From positions 1 through 64,000 of the IMG/VR virus record IMGVR_UViG_3300020581_000010: a stretch of 64,000 nucleotides of DNA; one strand, written 5' to 3'. The notes beneath the pieces are model-generated. The model was not told where the DNA came from, made no database searches, and worked only from the letters and a program-made list of their open reading frames with translations. Position 1 is the first letter of the stretch; every line of letters begins with the position of its first letter. Positions 8,758-16,707 of the stretch are shown here, one piece after another. The position numbers were made by a program, and so were the translations under genes. Source of the DNA: a virus.

Positions 8758-10070
8758 CAGAATCCCCCTAGAGGATTCAGTCCGCGAAGAAAGCCGGCCC
8801 GTGCGTCCTGGAAGGCGTTGATTCCACCGGCCACAGCACCGGGGACGTTGCGAGGATTCAGCCCGGCGACTTCACGGAGGGCGTTGACGATGATCCGCTG
8901 CAACTCCGACGCGAGGTCTCTGTTCTGCACCGAGTCGATCCCCCTGAGGATGTCCGCCAGGTAGTCCTCCACTGCCCGCTGCTGACCACCGCCAGCCTGC
9001 ACTGACGCGATGGCGAGATTCTTGCTGATCTCCTCGAACCCGCTGATACGCACGTCCTGCACTGCAATCGGGGCTGGACTCCGCGGACCCGCCAATGCCT
9101 CGCGTATGCGGCCTACCAGTTCGCCCAGGCCGACGAACTTGAGTAACAGGGCGGCGAACGTCGCCAGCCCTTCAACGACGCGGTGGAGCGTTGCACGGAA
9201 CGCCTCCATGTCGCCAGCCCCACCGAAGAAGTTCCGCAGGATGTCGCTGAACGTCTTGATCATGACGGTGATGCCCGCATTGAGGGCACGCACCAGGGCG
9301 TCTATCGCCGGCCTCAACTCCTCGAAAATCTCCATAATCGGCCGCATCGCTTCTTGGAACAGCACCAGCGTAGCGAGTAGTCCGCCGCCGACCAGCGTAG
9401 CGATCACCTCGAACACTTGGGCCACTTGCGAGATGATGTCCGCGAGGAACTTGAACGACGGGATGAGCAGTTGGATGGCCGATGAGAACTGGCCGCCTAT
9501 CGTCACCATCAGCTCGCCGAATATCTCCGCGACCGCAGCAACGACTGGCGACAGGGCCTCCATCGCCGGGTACAGGATGCCGGCTATCTCGTTTGCGACT
9601 TTGCCGAGCACGTCGAACAGCGGCACGAACGCTACGCCGAGGGTCGCGTTGAGCTGCCTGACCGCGTAGTCGAACTGGAACAGCGTTGCTGGGCTGAGGG
9701 CTTCCACCCACTTGCGGGACTCGCTCACTGCTGACTGTACGATGTCAATCAGTCCCTCGAAAGCGATGGCAACGAGTGCGGCCGGCCCCGCAATGGCAGC
9801 GAGCCCGGCGTCAGCCCCGGCGGCAGCTACCCCTTCCGTCGCACCGCCAGCAGCAGCGGCGACGGGTTCCACGGCAGACGCGGTGGCAGAGCCTACTCCC
9901 TGGATTACTTGTGCGAGCCCGGTGGTGAAGTTCTTGAACAGGTCAACGGTCGCCGAGAACGTGCGGCTGAATTGGGCGAGCGAGTCTTGGAACGCACGCA
10001 CCGCCGGCGAGTCGAATATCTTGTCAAGAAAATCCGTATTCGTCGTCGGGCTATTTTGGACTTTGGCCAT
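8757..10070 (-). CDS. Tape measure protein (short, 437 aa)
   Basis: Ala/Leu-rich amphipathic helical repeats following chaperone pair. Confidence 0.7.
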   Translation of the reverse strand: MAKVQNSPTTNTDFLDKIFDSPAVRAFQDSLAQFSRTFSATVDLFKNFTTGLAQVIQGVGSATASAVEPVAAAAGGATEGVAAAGADAGLAAIAGPAALVAIAFEGLIDIVQSAVSESRKWVEALSPATLFQFDYAVRQLNATLGVAFVPLFDVLGKVANEIAGILYPAMEALSPVVAAVAEIFGELMVTIGGQFSSAIQLLIPSFKFLADIISQVAQVFEVIATLVGGGLLATLVLFQEAMRPIMEIFEELRPAIDALVRALNAGITVMIKTFSDILRNFFGGAGDMEAFRATLHRVVEGLATFAALLLKFVGLGELVGRIREALAGPRSPAPIAVQDVRISGFEEISKNLAIASVQAGGGQQRAVEDYLADILRGIDSVQNRDLASELQRIIVNALREVAGLNPRNVPGAVAGGINAFQDARAGFLRGLNPLGGF

Positions 10071-10398
10071 TGGTCTTCGCCGCGTATTTCGCCCTGAGGA
10101 AAGCCTTGTGCACTTCCGCCTGTGCCGGGGACAGCCCGATCATCTGGTTCGACACCAGCCCGTCGATGACCGCCAACTCCTCTTCCAGCGTCCAGCTATC
10201 CTTGACCGGCATCGGCCTCTCCGGCCACTTGAGGGAACCGTCCTTCGTGCGGGCGTGGAAGTACAGCTCGAACTTCTGGAAAGGGCTGAGTTCCGCGATT
10301 GCCTTTATTTCGAGCCTGACTTCCGTCGCAAGGTGGGCATAGATGGCCTTGCGGAAGAGGGCATTGAATCGCAGCACCTCAGCCGGGTCTAGTTTTTT
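10051..10398 (-). CDS. Tail assembly chaperone frameshift extension (gpT-like)
   Basis: Open in the -1 frame from slippery A AAA AAC (10398-10392). Confidence 0.7.
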   Translation of the reverse strand, partial: KKLDPAEVLRFNALFRKAIYAHLATEVRLEIKAIAELSPFQKFELYFHARTKDGSLKWPERPMPVKDSWTLEEELAVIDGLVSNQMIGLSPAQAEVHKAFLRAKYAAKTNGQSPK

Positions 10399-11006
10399 GA
10401 GTCGTCCCCTTCCTTGAGCCTCTTGGGTGTGGCGAGCGATTGGTTCGTCACCAGGGCCAACATGCTCATGATCTCCGTGCCCTTCGCCTCCATGAGCTTG
10501 ATCATCTCAACGCGGTCCTTGCACCCGAGCATCTGCATCCCGAAGAAGATTCGCCCCGACGGAGTCTGCAAGTAACTCTGGCAGATCGGACCTTCAAAGC
10601 CGAACTCGCCCCGCTCGAACCGCTGGTTGCACGCCTTGAGTTCCTTGGCGTAGGCCGCGTCGTCAGGAGCCAGTGCGGATTCCGCAGTAAGCGTGATAGC
10701 GTCAGCGTAGCTCTTGAGCAAGCTGTTCCGCTTGGCGAGGTCCCCCACGTCAGTAGGGACCGGTTGTGCGAGGAGCCCGGCGTGCATCCGCCAGTTGTCG
10801 GCAATGACCTGCAAGGCCCTGACGTGCTGCTCGCGTCTGTCCTCGTAGGTCGCCTCGATCCGCCGCCGCTCGTTCTTGAACAGGTGAATCTCGAAGGCGT
10901 TCATGATGCGGTCGTTCAGGACGGAGAGCTTGTAGGTCTTGCCGTCGTACTCGATCGAGAACGCCTCGCCGCTGTTGCCGAGAATCTGCGTGAGTGTCGC
11001 GGTCAT
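10389..11006 (-). CDS. Tail assembly chaperone (gpG-like)
   Basis: Between tail tube and tape measure; ends TCA AAA AAC TAG. Confidence 0.7.
   Translation of the reverse strand: MTATLTQILGNSGEAFSIEYDGKTYKLSVLNDRIMNAFEIHLFKNERRRIEATYEDRREQHVRALQVIADNWRMHAGLLAQPVPTDVGDLAKRNSLLKSYADAITLTAESALAPDDAAYAKELKACNQRFERGEFGFEGPICQSYLQTPSGRIFFGMQMLGCKDRVEMIKLMEAKGTEIMSMLALVTNQSLATPKRLKEGDDSKN
10392..10398 (-). other. -1 programmed ribosomal frameshift site A AAA AAC
   Basis: X XXY YYZ heptamer just before stop; -1 frame reads K-L-D-P-A-E-V-L-R-F into the next ORF. Confidence 0.8.
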
Positions 11007-11019
11007 TCTTTCCCCTTAG

Positions 11020-11388
11020 CTATGACAGGCTGATCGTGAAGGATCCGGACGTCTGGGCCGTAACCGCCATCATCGCTGCCCCTTCAATATCATCCTCAGG
11101 TTCCAGTGATTCGATCAGTGCCGTCACCTGCAAATTGATCATGCTGGTGATGCCGAGCGTGAACAGATAGCTGTTGCCGATAGTCATGGGCATGTTGCCC
11201 ACGTCGTAAGGCCCCGACAAACTCACGGTCGCGGAGAGCAAGCCGGTGACGAGCTGCTGGAACCCGCTGGTGAAGTTGTTCACCGGGACCAGCTTCGCCT
11301 TGTAGGACAGCTTCCATTTGGCGAAAGCATACGTCAAAGTCCCTAAAAGCGTTGATCCTTGCTTACCAGCGATGGGATTAAAAGCCAT
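11020..11388 (-). CDS. Major tail (tube) protein
   Basis: IAGKQG, W.LS, GLLSATVSLSG.YD, beta-rich, canonical position. Confidence 0.65.
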   Translation of the reverse strand: MAFNPIAGKQGSTLLGTLTYAFAKWKLSYKAKLVPVNNFTSGFQQLVTGLLSATVSLSGPYDVGNMPMTIGNSYLFTLGITSMINLQVTALIESLEPEDDIEGAAMMAVTAQTSGSFTISLS

Positions 11389-11414
11389 GTTTTATTCCGG
11401 CTTTAGGCCGCTCC

Positions 11415-11924
11415 TTACGTTGTTGATCCGAATACGATTACCGTGAGGACTCCCGTGCTGCCGCCGTTGTTCGTCACCCGCAGAGTCCGGTGGGTCGCGT
11501 CTACCACTATGCCCGTCACCGTGTTGTTCTCCGCGTGCATCTCCATTGCTCCGGGATTCACCGTCACGCCGGCGGCCGGGAGGAACCACGCCGCGAGTCC
11601 GTTCGTCGTTCCGGGTGCCAAGAGAAACTGACCGGGATTTGCAGCGGCGGCTATCACGAGGATTGCGAACACGTGGGCGAACCCGGTCGCGTTCCCTACT
11701 TGGTCCGTGAACGAGAACAGGTCGAACTCATTGTGGGCACCGGCCGCGAGAGAGAACTGCTGGGCGAATGCGTCGTTGGGGATGCCGACCCCGGTCCCCT
11801 GCCAGTTGTAGTTGTTCTGCGAGGGTCCGAGCGTGGCGGGTCCAAACGGGCTGGCCGGGTTCGTCAGCGTGAAGTTCACGGCCGCCTGTAGTGAAATCGA
11901 ATTCGCGGCTACGTTTCCTGCCAT
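11415..11924 (-). CDS. Putative structural protein (beta-rich)
   Basis: Position between terminator and tube genes. Confidence 0.5.
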   Translation of the reverse strand: MAGNVAANSISLQAAVNFTLTNPASPFGPATLGPSQNNYNWQGTGVGIPNDAFAQQFSLAAGAHNEFDLFSFTDQVGNATGFAHVFAILVIAAAANPGQFLLAPGTTNGLAAWFLPAAGVTVNPGAMEMHAENNTVTGIVVDATHRTLRVTNNGGSTGVLTVIVFGSTT

Positions 11925-11934
11925 GCGTCCCCCC

Positions 11935-12423
11935 TCACGTAGTGCGGGTCTCGGCTACGTCGTAGTTGACTACCAGCCCTGTCAGGTCGTAGGTCGTGTT
12001 GCTCCACGCCGCCTCGCTGATAACGTCGTCCATGTCTATGCTCACGTCCCAAGGCCCCTTGCTGATCCCGTTCGGCAGCACAATCGGGTTCACCTGATAA
12101 ATCTGGTTGCGGATCGTCTGCCGCACGAACATCACCTGCTGCAAGTCGCTCAAGAGGTAAGCGTTCCCGGCACTGACGATGCCGATCACTATCGGGTACG
12201 ACCAGACGATGTTGTATTGCCCGTCGTTGCCGGGAAACGTCTGACCCGCCCCGCCCTTCCTTATCTTCTCTCCGGACTTGCCCGGTGCAAGGATGACCAT
12301 CGGCAGCAAGTCCTGGTCCAGCACGATTACTTTCTTGCGGACGACCACCTGCATCTGCGGGAGCACGCTTCCGAGCGTGTTCTCAAGCGAGACTAGTAGC
12401 CCCTCGTAGTTCGACAGGATCAC
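11935..12423 (-). CDS. Putative tail terminator
   Basis: Size, position, DLLPMVIL motif. Confidence 0.5.
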   Translation of the reverse strand: MILSNYEGLLVSLENTLGSVLPQMQVVVRKKVIVLDQDLLPMVILAPGKSGEKIRKGGAGQTFPGNDGQYNIVWSYPIVIGIVSAGNAYLLSDLQQVMFVRQTIRNQIYQVNPIVLPNGISKGPWDVSIDMDDVISEAAWSNTTYDLTGLVVNYDVAETRTT

Positions 12424-12827
12424 GGTGTCGTCACCTCGACGGGTTTCCAGCCGGTGAACTTCTGCACCTCGCAGGAGAACTCCGCTTCCGCGAACTCGCT
12501 AGTCACGTCCACGATCAGCCAGCCGACGCCGTTCATGTCCTGGATGTAGTTCTGCTCTTGCGGACGGGGTGCTCCGCTCATCTGCAAGTTCTGCAAGTCG
12601 ATGTCGAACTTCGAGGTAGTCTGCACCAGCGACGACCCGTCAGCCCCCTGCCTGACCTGCTTGGTCTCATACTTCCGTGCTCGCGGGATGAAGTAGGACA
12701 CGAACTTATCCACCGTCCCGTTCGGCGAGCCGGCCTGCGTGTTCCGCACCAAGAGCCACACCGGCCTGACCTGCCCCTGCAAGTCGAGCAAGTTCCCGAG
12801 TTGGCCAGCGAGCGTGAAGTCGATCAT
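12420..12827 (-). CDS. Putative head closure/head-tail joining protein
   Basis: Position after connector; PQEQNYIQD..GVGWLIVDV; start ATG 12827. Confidence 0.5.
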   Translation of the reverse strand: MIDFTLAGQLGNLLDLQGQVRPVWLLVRNTQAGSPNGTVDKFVSYFIPRARKYETKQVRQGADGSSLVQTTSKFDIDLQNLQMSGAPRPQEQNYIQDMNGVGWLIVDVTSEFAEAEFSCEVQKFTGWKPVEVTTP

Positions 12828-13507
12828 ATCGCTATCCTCTTGGTCCGCTCCCGTGCCAAGGTGGACGCGATCTCCCGATTGAACAACCCCAGCCATTCCG
12901 AGTCCGGTACGCTGACGCTGACACCGCTCTTGCTCACGCTCGTAGGGTGCTGGCCGAATAGAGCTATCTGCCGCATCTTGCTCACCATCAGCTCGCACGC
13001 CTGCACGACCGACAGCGGCGGCGACTGCCCTGCCGTGTAGCTGACCTTGATATTCCCCGCCGGCGGTCCCGGATAGGACAGGACCAATCCCTGCACCCAC
13101 TCGGCCGGTCGTGCCCAGTACGTCCCCAGCCGCGTCAGCTTGCCCGTAGTGCTCTGGCTTCCCGGCCCGTTGTCCCAGTCGAGGCAGAAGTCAACGCCCT
13201 GGGTCAAGAGCGTGGTGGACGCGAACGACCCGCTGGTGTCCCCCGACGCCGCCGTGTCGTCCTCGTAGCACGACGTGATGGACAGGACGGGCGTAACCGA
13301 TAGCCAGATGAACGGCGTGTTGCACCCGCTCAGAATCTCGTTGCTCACCGTCTGCACGCTGTAGTCCGCGACGCCGATGTAGTCGAGGATGAGCGACGTA
13401 GCCCGTGCGATCCAGAGCCCTAGCTGGGCGTCGAACGTCGTGTCCTGAACGGTGAGACCCAGCAGGGTCTTCATGTTCTCGACAGACGTGAGTTGAGTCT
13501 GGCTCAC
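12824..13507 (-). CDS. Head-tail connector (gp6/gp15-like)
   Basis: LTSVENMKTLLG..D..L..I.RA...I.DY, PVLSITS, NIKVSYTAG..P..V.QAC; likely start GTG 13507 after GAGGGG. Confidence 0.75.
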   Translation of the reverse strand: MSQTQLTSVENMKTLLGLTVQDTTFDAQLGLWIARATSLILDYIGVADYSVQTVSNEILSGCNTPFIWLSVTPVLSITSCYEDDTAASGDTSGSFASTTLLTQGVDFCLDWDNGPGSQSTTGKLTRLGTYWARPAEWVQGLVLSYPGPPAGNIKVSYTAGQSPPLSVVQACELMVSKMRQIALFGQHPTSVSKSGVSVSVPDSEWLGLFNREIASTLARERTKRIAI

Positions 13508-13516
13508 TTGCCCCTC

Positions 13517-13556
13517 AAAGAAAAATGCCATGCCAGGTGAAGGACTGGCATGGCAT
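13517..13556 (-). terminator. Rho-independent terminator after capsid/decoration genes
   Basis: 12-bp stem ATGCCATGCCAG/CTGGCATGGCAT, 8-nt loop, followed by TTTTCTTT on minus strand. Confidence 0.8.
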
Positions 13557-13588
13557 ACCTGGCGTAGCCGACCGTGCAGAAAGATCGC

Positions 13589-14146
13589 TTACAGTGTGTT
13601 CGGCAGACGGCTGTAACCGGCCGTCGTGTCCGACATCTTGGCCTGCTCGATGATGATGCCGGCAGTCACGAACACGGGCGACGTGCCGGCAGTCGTCGTC
13701 ATGTTCAGCCGGGCGTACCGCAGCACCCGGTTGCCGATCAAGCTGATGTACTGGTTGCTCGTGGTGACGCTGAACGTGGTGTTGCCAGCGATCACGGTGA
13801 AGGTGCCGTTGGTGGTGGCACACTCTTCGAGCTGCCCCGTCAACGAGGGTGACGTGCCGGTGACGGCCCCGATGATGACCACGGCGTTCGTCAAGTTCTC
13901 GGCCATGCTCATGTCGATGGCCGTGCCCGTGGTCGCGGTCGTGATGCCGGCCGTCGTCGGCTGGATGCTCGTGCCTTGGATGCACTGCGAGAGGTCCACG
14001 ACGATGGACGCTTCGTGCTCGGGGAACTCGGCTTCCTTCTCCCAGTTGTAGAGCACTTGCTCCAACTGCGGGGCGAGTTTCCGCGTGAGCGGCTTGCCGT
14101 CGAAGTCGAGTCCGGTGAGCCGGGGACGTTGGTCCAAAACGTGCAT
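13589..14146 (-). CDS. Capsid decoration/cement protein
   Basis: Follows capsid; TGTAID, GAVTGTSPSL, LEE..T..G.FT, LRYARL jelly-roll pattern. Confidence 0.6.
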   Translation of the reverse strand: MHVLDQRPRLTGLDFDGKPLTRKLAPQLEQVLYNWEKEAEFPEHEASIVVDLSQCIQGTSIQPTTAGITTATTGTAIDMSMAENLTNAVVIIGAVTGTSPSLTGQLEECATTNGTFTVIAGNTTFSVTTSNQYISLIGNRVLRYARLNMTTTAGTSPVFVTAGIIIEQAKMSDTTAGYSRLPNTL

Positions 14147-14185
14147 TGCTGAGTCCTCTTGTGAGTCTTCGGACTTCGCGTCCGC

Positions 14186-15736
14186 TTAGTTTCCAATCGT
14201 GGTCGGCAGCAACTGGTCCGCGTAGATGAACGCACCCGGATTCAGCGGTGCCCCATCGGCGGTCATGATCGCCCGCACGGCCGTCTGGTCGGCCTGGAAG
14301 ATCGCACCCTGGTTCGCCATTGCAAATTCGATGCTGCCGAACATGCCGATTCGCATGTTGCTCCACATCCCGCCGAAAAGCACTGTGAGGTTCGTGCCCG
14401 AAGACTTCACCCGGCCGTTCGGGACGTTGGAGCTGTTGACCACCTTGAAGCCGGCGAGGTAGTCGATCTGCTTCCCGTCCTCGAACCCGCGAGTCAGGTC
14501 GAACAGGAACAGACCGCCAGAGTCACCGACAGCGGCCACACCGGCACGCTTCGCCTGCATCGACCGGAGCAAGGTCGGGTAGATCAGCCAGCCCTCGAAC
14601 TTCGCGTTGGCGGCCTCAACGTTGCCAATCATGGTGTACGGGTCGCCGGGGGCGAGCGTGTAACCGTTCGTGGTCGTGGCCGAACCCGTGCCGTTGAACG
14701 ACTGGACGCCGGAGTAGCCGACGAGTCCCTGCGTGACGTTCTCGCTACCAGCACCGACCATCAGGTTCTGGTCGAACAGCAACGAGATCGAAATCATCAT
14801 GTCGTTGCGGAACAACTGCTCGACGATGGGTCCGCCGAAGCGGAGAAGCTCGTTGTTCGTGACGATGTACGCCCCGATCTTCTTGCCAGCGATTTCAATC
14901 TGGCCGGTGCCGACAGAGGACTGCGTGGTGTTCGCACCTTCGCCGACGTTGTAGGCGGTCGTCGGGGTCGTCTGCCGGGGGAACGTGATGCGGCCGGACG
15001 GAGGCAAGGGGAAGATCACCGCACCAGACGCGAGTACGGCCGAGTTGTTACGCAGCAAAGGGACCAGCGGCCCGAACTCAGGGAACGGCACCAAGGCACC
15101 GCCCAGGTTTTCTTGCAGGAAGCTCTGGGTCGAGCCGCCAACCTTTTGGGTGAAGCCCTGGTCGTTCCACTGCTGGTTCGTCTTCGTCACCAGAGCCGGA
15201 TTGACCAGTCCCTTCTGCACCATCCAAGAGGCGTATTCCGGGTCGTAGGCCGGCTGCGTGTCGAGCAGGCTCTTGACCTCGAAGGCCAGTTCCTTGTCGA
15301 TGCACGACAGGCGTGAGTCTTCCGAGTACAGGAAGTTCATCCCGAGCGGGCTGACGATGGTCTCTTTGTTGGTGTTGATCCCGTCCCGTTCGGTCGCCTC
15401 ACGCCAGCCGCCCTTGTGGTCGCGGAAGGATTTCTTGAGCCTGTCCGACATGTTGAATTCGAGCTGGGCGTCTTCGGGCCGGATGGCTCCATTTGCAAGG
15501 CCAGCCGCCTTGTGGAACATGTATCCACGGCTGCCCATCGTGTCTTCACCAGCACGGGCTGCCGGGGCCTGGTTCTGGCCGAGGATGCGGCTCTTTGCCG
15601 TGGCTACCGAGCCGCGTCCGGCGACCAGTTGCCTTTCTGGCAACGCCTCTCGCCGTGCGGCCGCGATTCGCTTGCGGGCCTTCTGCAAGAGGGCCAACTC
15701 TTCTTTGAGTGCCTGTGTCTTCGCGGTGATTGCCAT
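14186..15736 (-). CDS. Major capsid protein, HK97 family, long N-terminal delta region
   Basis: GGALVP, LLRN, FPRQT...AYNVGEG, KKIGAY...NELL, D.....GAG....QGL, FQADQTAVRA...DG. Confidence 0.92.
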   Translation of the reverse strand: MAITAKTQALKEELALLQKARKRIAAARREALPERQLVAGRGSVATAKSRILGQNQAPAARAGEDTMGSRGYMFHKAAGLANGAIRPEDAQLEFNMSDRLKKSFRDHKGGWREATERDGINTNKETIVSPLGMNFLYSEDSRLSCIDKELAFEVKSLLDTQPAYDPEYASWMVQKGLVNPALVTKTNQQWNDQGFTQKVGGSTQSFLQENLGGALVPFPEFGPLVPLLRNNSAVLASGAVIFPLPPSGRITFPRQTTPTTAYNVGEGANTTQSSVGTGQIEIAGKKIGAYIVTNNELLRFGGPIVEQLFRNDMMISISLLFDQNLMVGAGSENVTQGLVGYSGVQSFNGTGSATTTNGYTLAPGDPYTMIGNVEAANAKFEGWLIYPTLLRSMQAKRAGVAAVGDSGGLFLFDLTRGFEDGKQIDYLAGFKVVNSSNVPNGRVKSSGTNLTVLFGGMWSNMRIGMFGSIEFAMANQGAIFQADQTAVRAIMTADGAPLNPGAFIYADQLLPTTIGN

Positions 15737-15783
15737 TGCAGTCAGTCTCGTTAGGAAAAGTTCTGGCCCTGAAAAATCAGAGG

Positions 15784-16296
15784 TTATCGGGAAAGGCGTT
15801 CGATCTCTGCGAGTTCCCGCTGGATCGAACGACGCAATTGCTCTTCCGTGTCCGACCCGAGGCCGAGCGACTTCGCCGTCTCGGTCTCCATGTCCGTGCC
15901 GCCCTCGCCTGCTTCGTGTTCGTCGTCGAACGTCTCTTCCGTCTCGCCACCCTCCATGTCGTAGACCGGAAGGTCCTTGTAGGACTTGTGCTTGCCGTAG
16001 TTCTTCTCGTGGTGGGTGCGGAAGTGCGAGTCGAGCTTGTCCATGATGGACTTCGCGTCGTCGATGGGCTTCCGCATCGGCCCCTCGACGTGGTCGTGGG
16101 CACCGATCACGTCTTTCAGCCCGTGCAGTCCCGCCATGATCCGGTGAGCGGCTTTTGCCCCTTCGGGCATGCCTTCGAGCGGGTCTTCCTCGCCGGCGAT
16201 GTTCTCTTCGGTCTCTTCTTCGTGTGCGAGGTGTTCGGACCTGTCGGGGATGTCGCCGGGCTTGCGGGCGGGTTCGTCAACGACGTGTGCTGGCAT
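15784..16296 (-). CDS. Acidic scaffold-like/internal head protein
   Basis: Highly acidic, directly upstream of capsid gene, contains TAKS motif. Confidence 0.5.
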   Translation of the reverse strand: MPAHVVDEPARKPGDIPDRSEHLAHEEETEENIAGEEDPLEGMPEGAKAAHRIMAGLHGLKDVIGAHDHVEGPMRKPIDDAKSIMDKLDSHFRTHHEKNYGKHKSYKDLPVYDMEGGETEETFDDEHEAGEGGTDMETETAKSLGLGSDTEEQLRRSIQRELAEIERLSR

Positions 16297-16374
16297 GACT
16301 TGCTCTCCACGGTGGATGCGACTACATGCTGTCCATCGTGCGAGAATCGTCTGGCGGGTTCAATCGCCGATTCA

Positions 16375-16707
16375 CTACTGAGAATTGACCTTGACCGCCC
16401 ACGGCCCGGAAGTGACGTGCCCCGAGTCGTCCATGAACTCCTCGCGGACCACGGCGACGGGGCGTCCCCTGTGGTCGGTCCAACGCCCCTCGCGGACGAA
16501 CTTCACCCCACCGTCAGCGTTGCCGAGTTCCGTGGTGGCTGACTTGGCACGCACTTCAGCGTCTGGGACAGTGCCGTCAAATTTGTCGTCGGCGACAATT
16601 TTGGCTGGCTCTTTCAGTGCCGCGAATGTATCGTCCGTCTGCTTGGTCCAGTCGGCGTTCTCGTCTGTAGCGTCAGGCGAAGGGAACTCACTTGTGGAAC
16701 TGCTCAT
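16375..16707 (-). CDS. Small acidic protein overlapping ART-domain gene (candidate immunity/partner)
   Basis: ATG 16707 lies inside last codons of upstream gene; MSSSTSEFPSPDATDENADWTKQ. Confidence 0.55.
   Translation of the reverse strand: MSSSTSEFPSPDATDENADWTKQTDDTFAALKEPAKIVADDKFDGTVPDAEVRAKSATTELGNADGGVKFVREGRWTDHRGRPVAVVREEFMDDSGHVTSGPWAVKVNSQ

Noticed and set aside
13508-13531. ORF-track start MAFFFEG for the connector gene
   Set aside because: Lies within the terminator stem and U-tract; GTG 13507 has a better RBS
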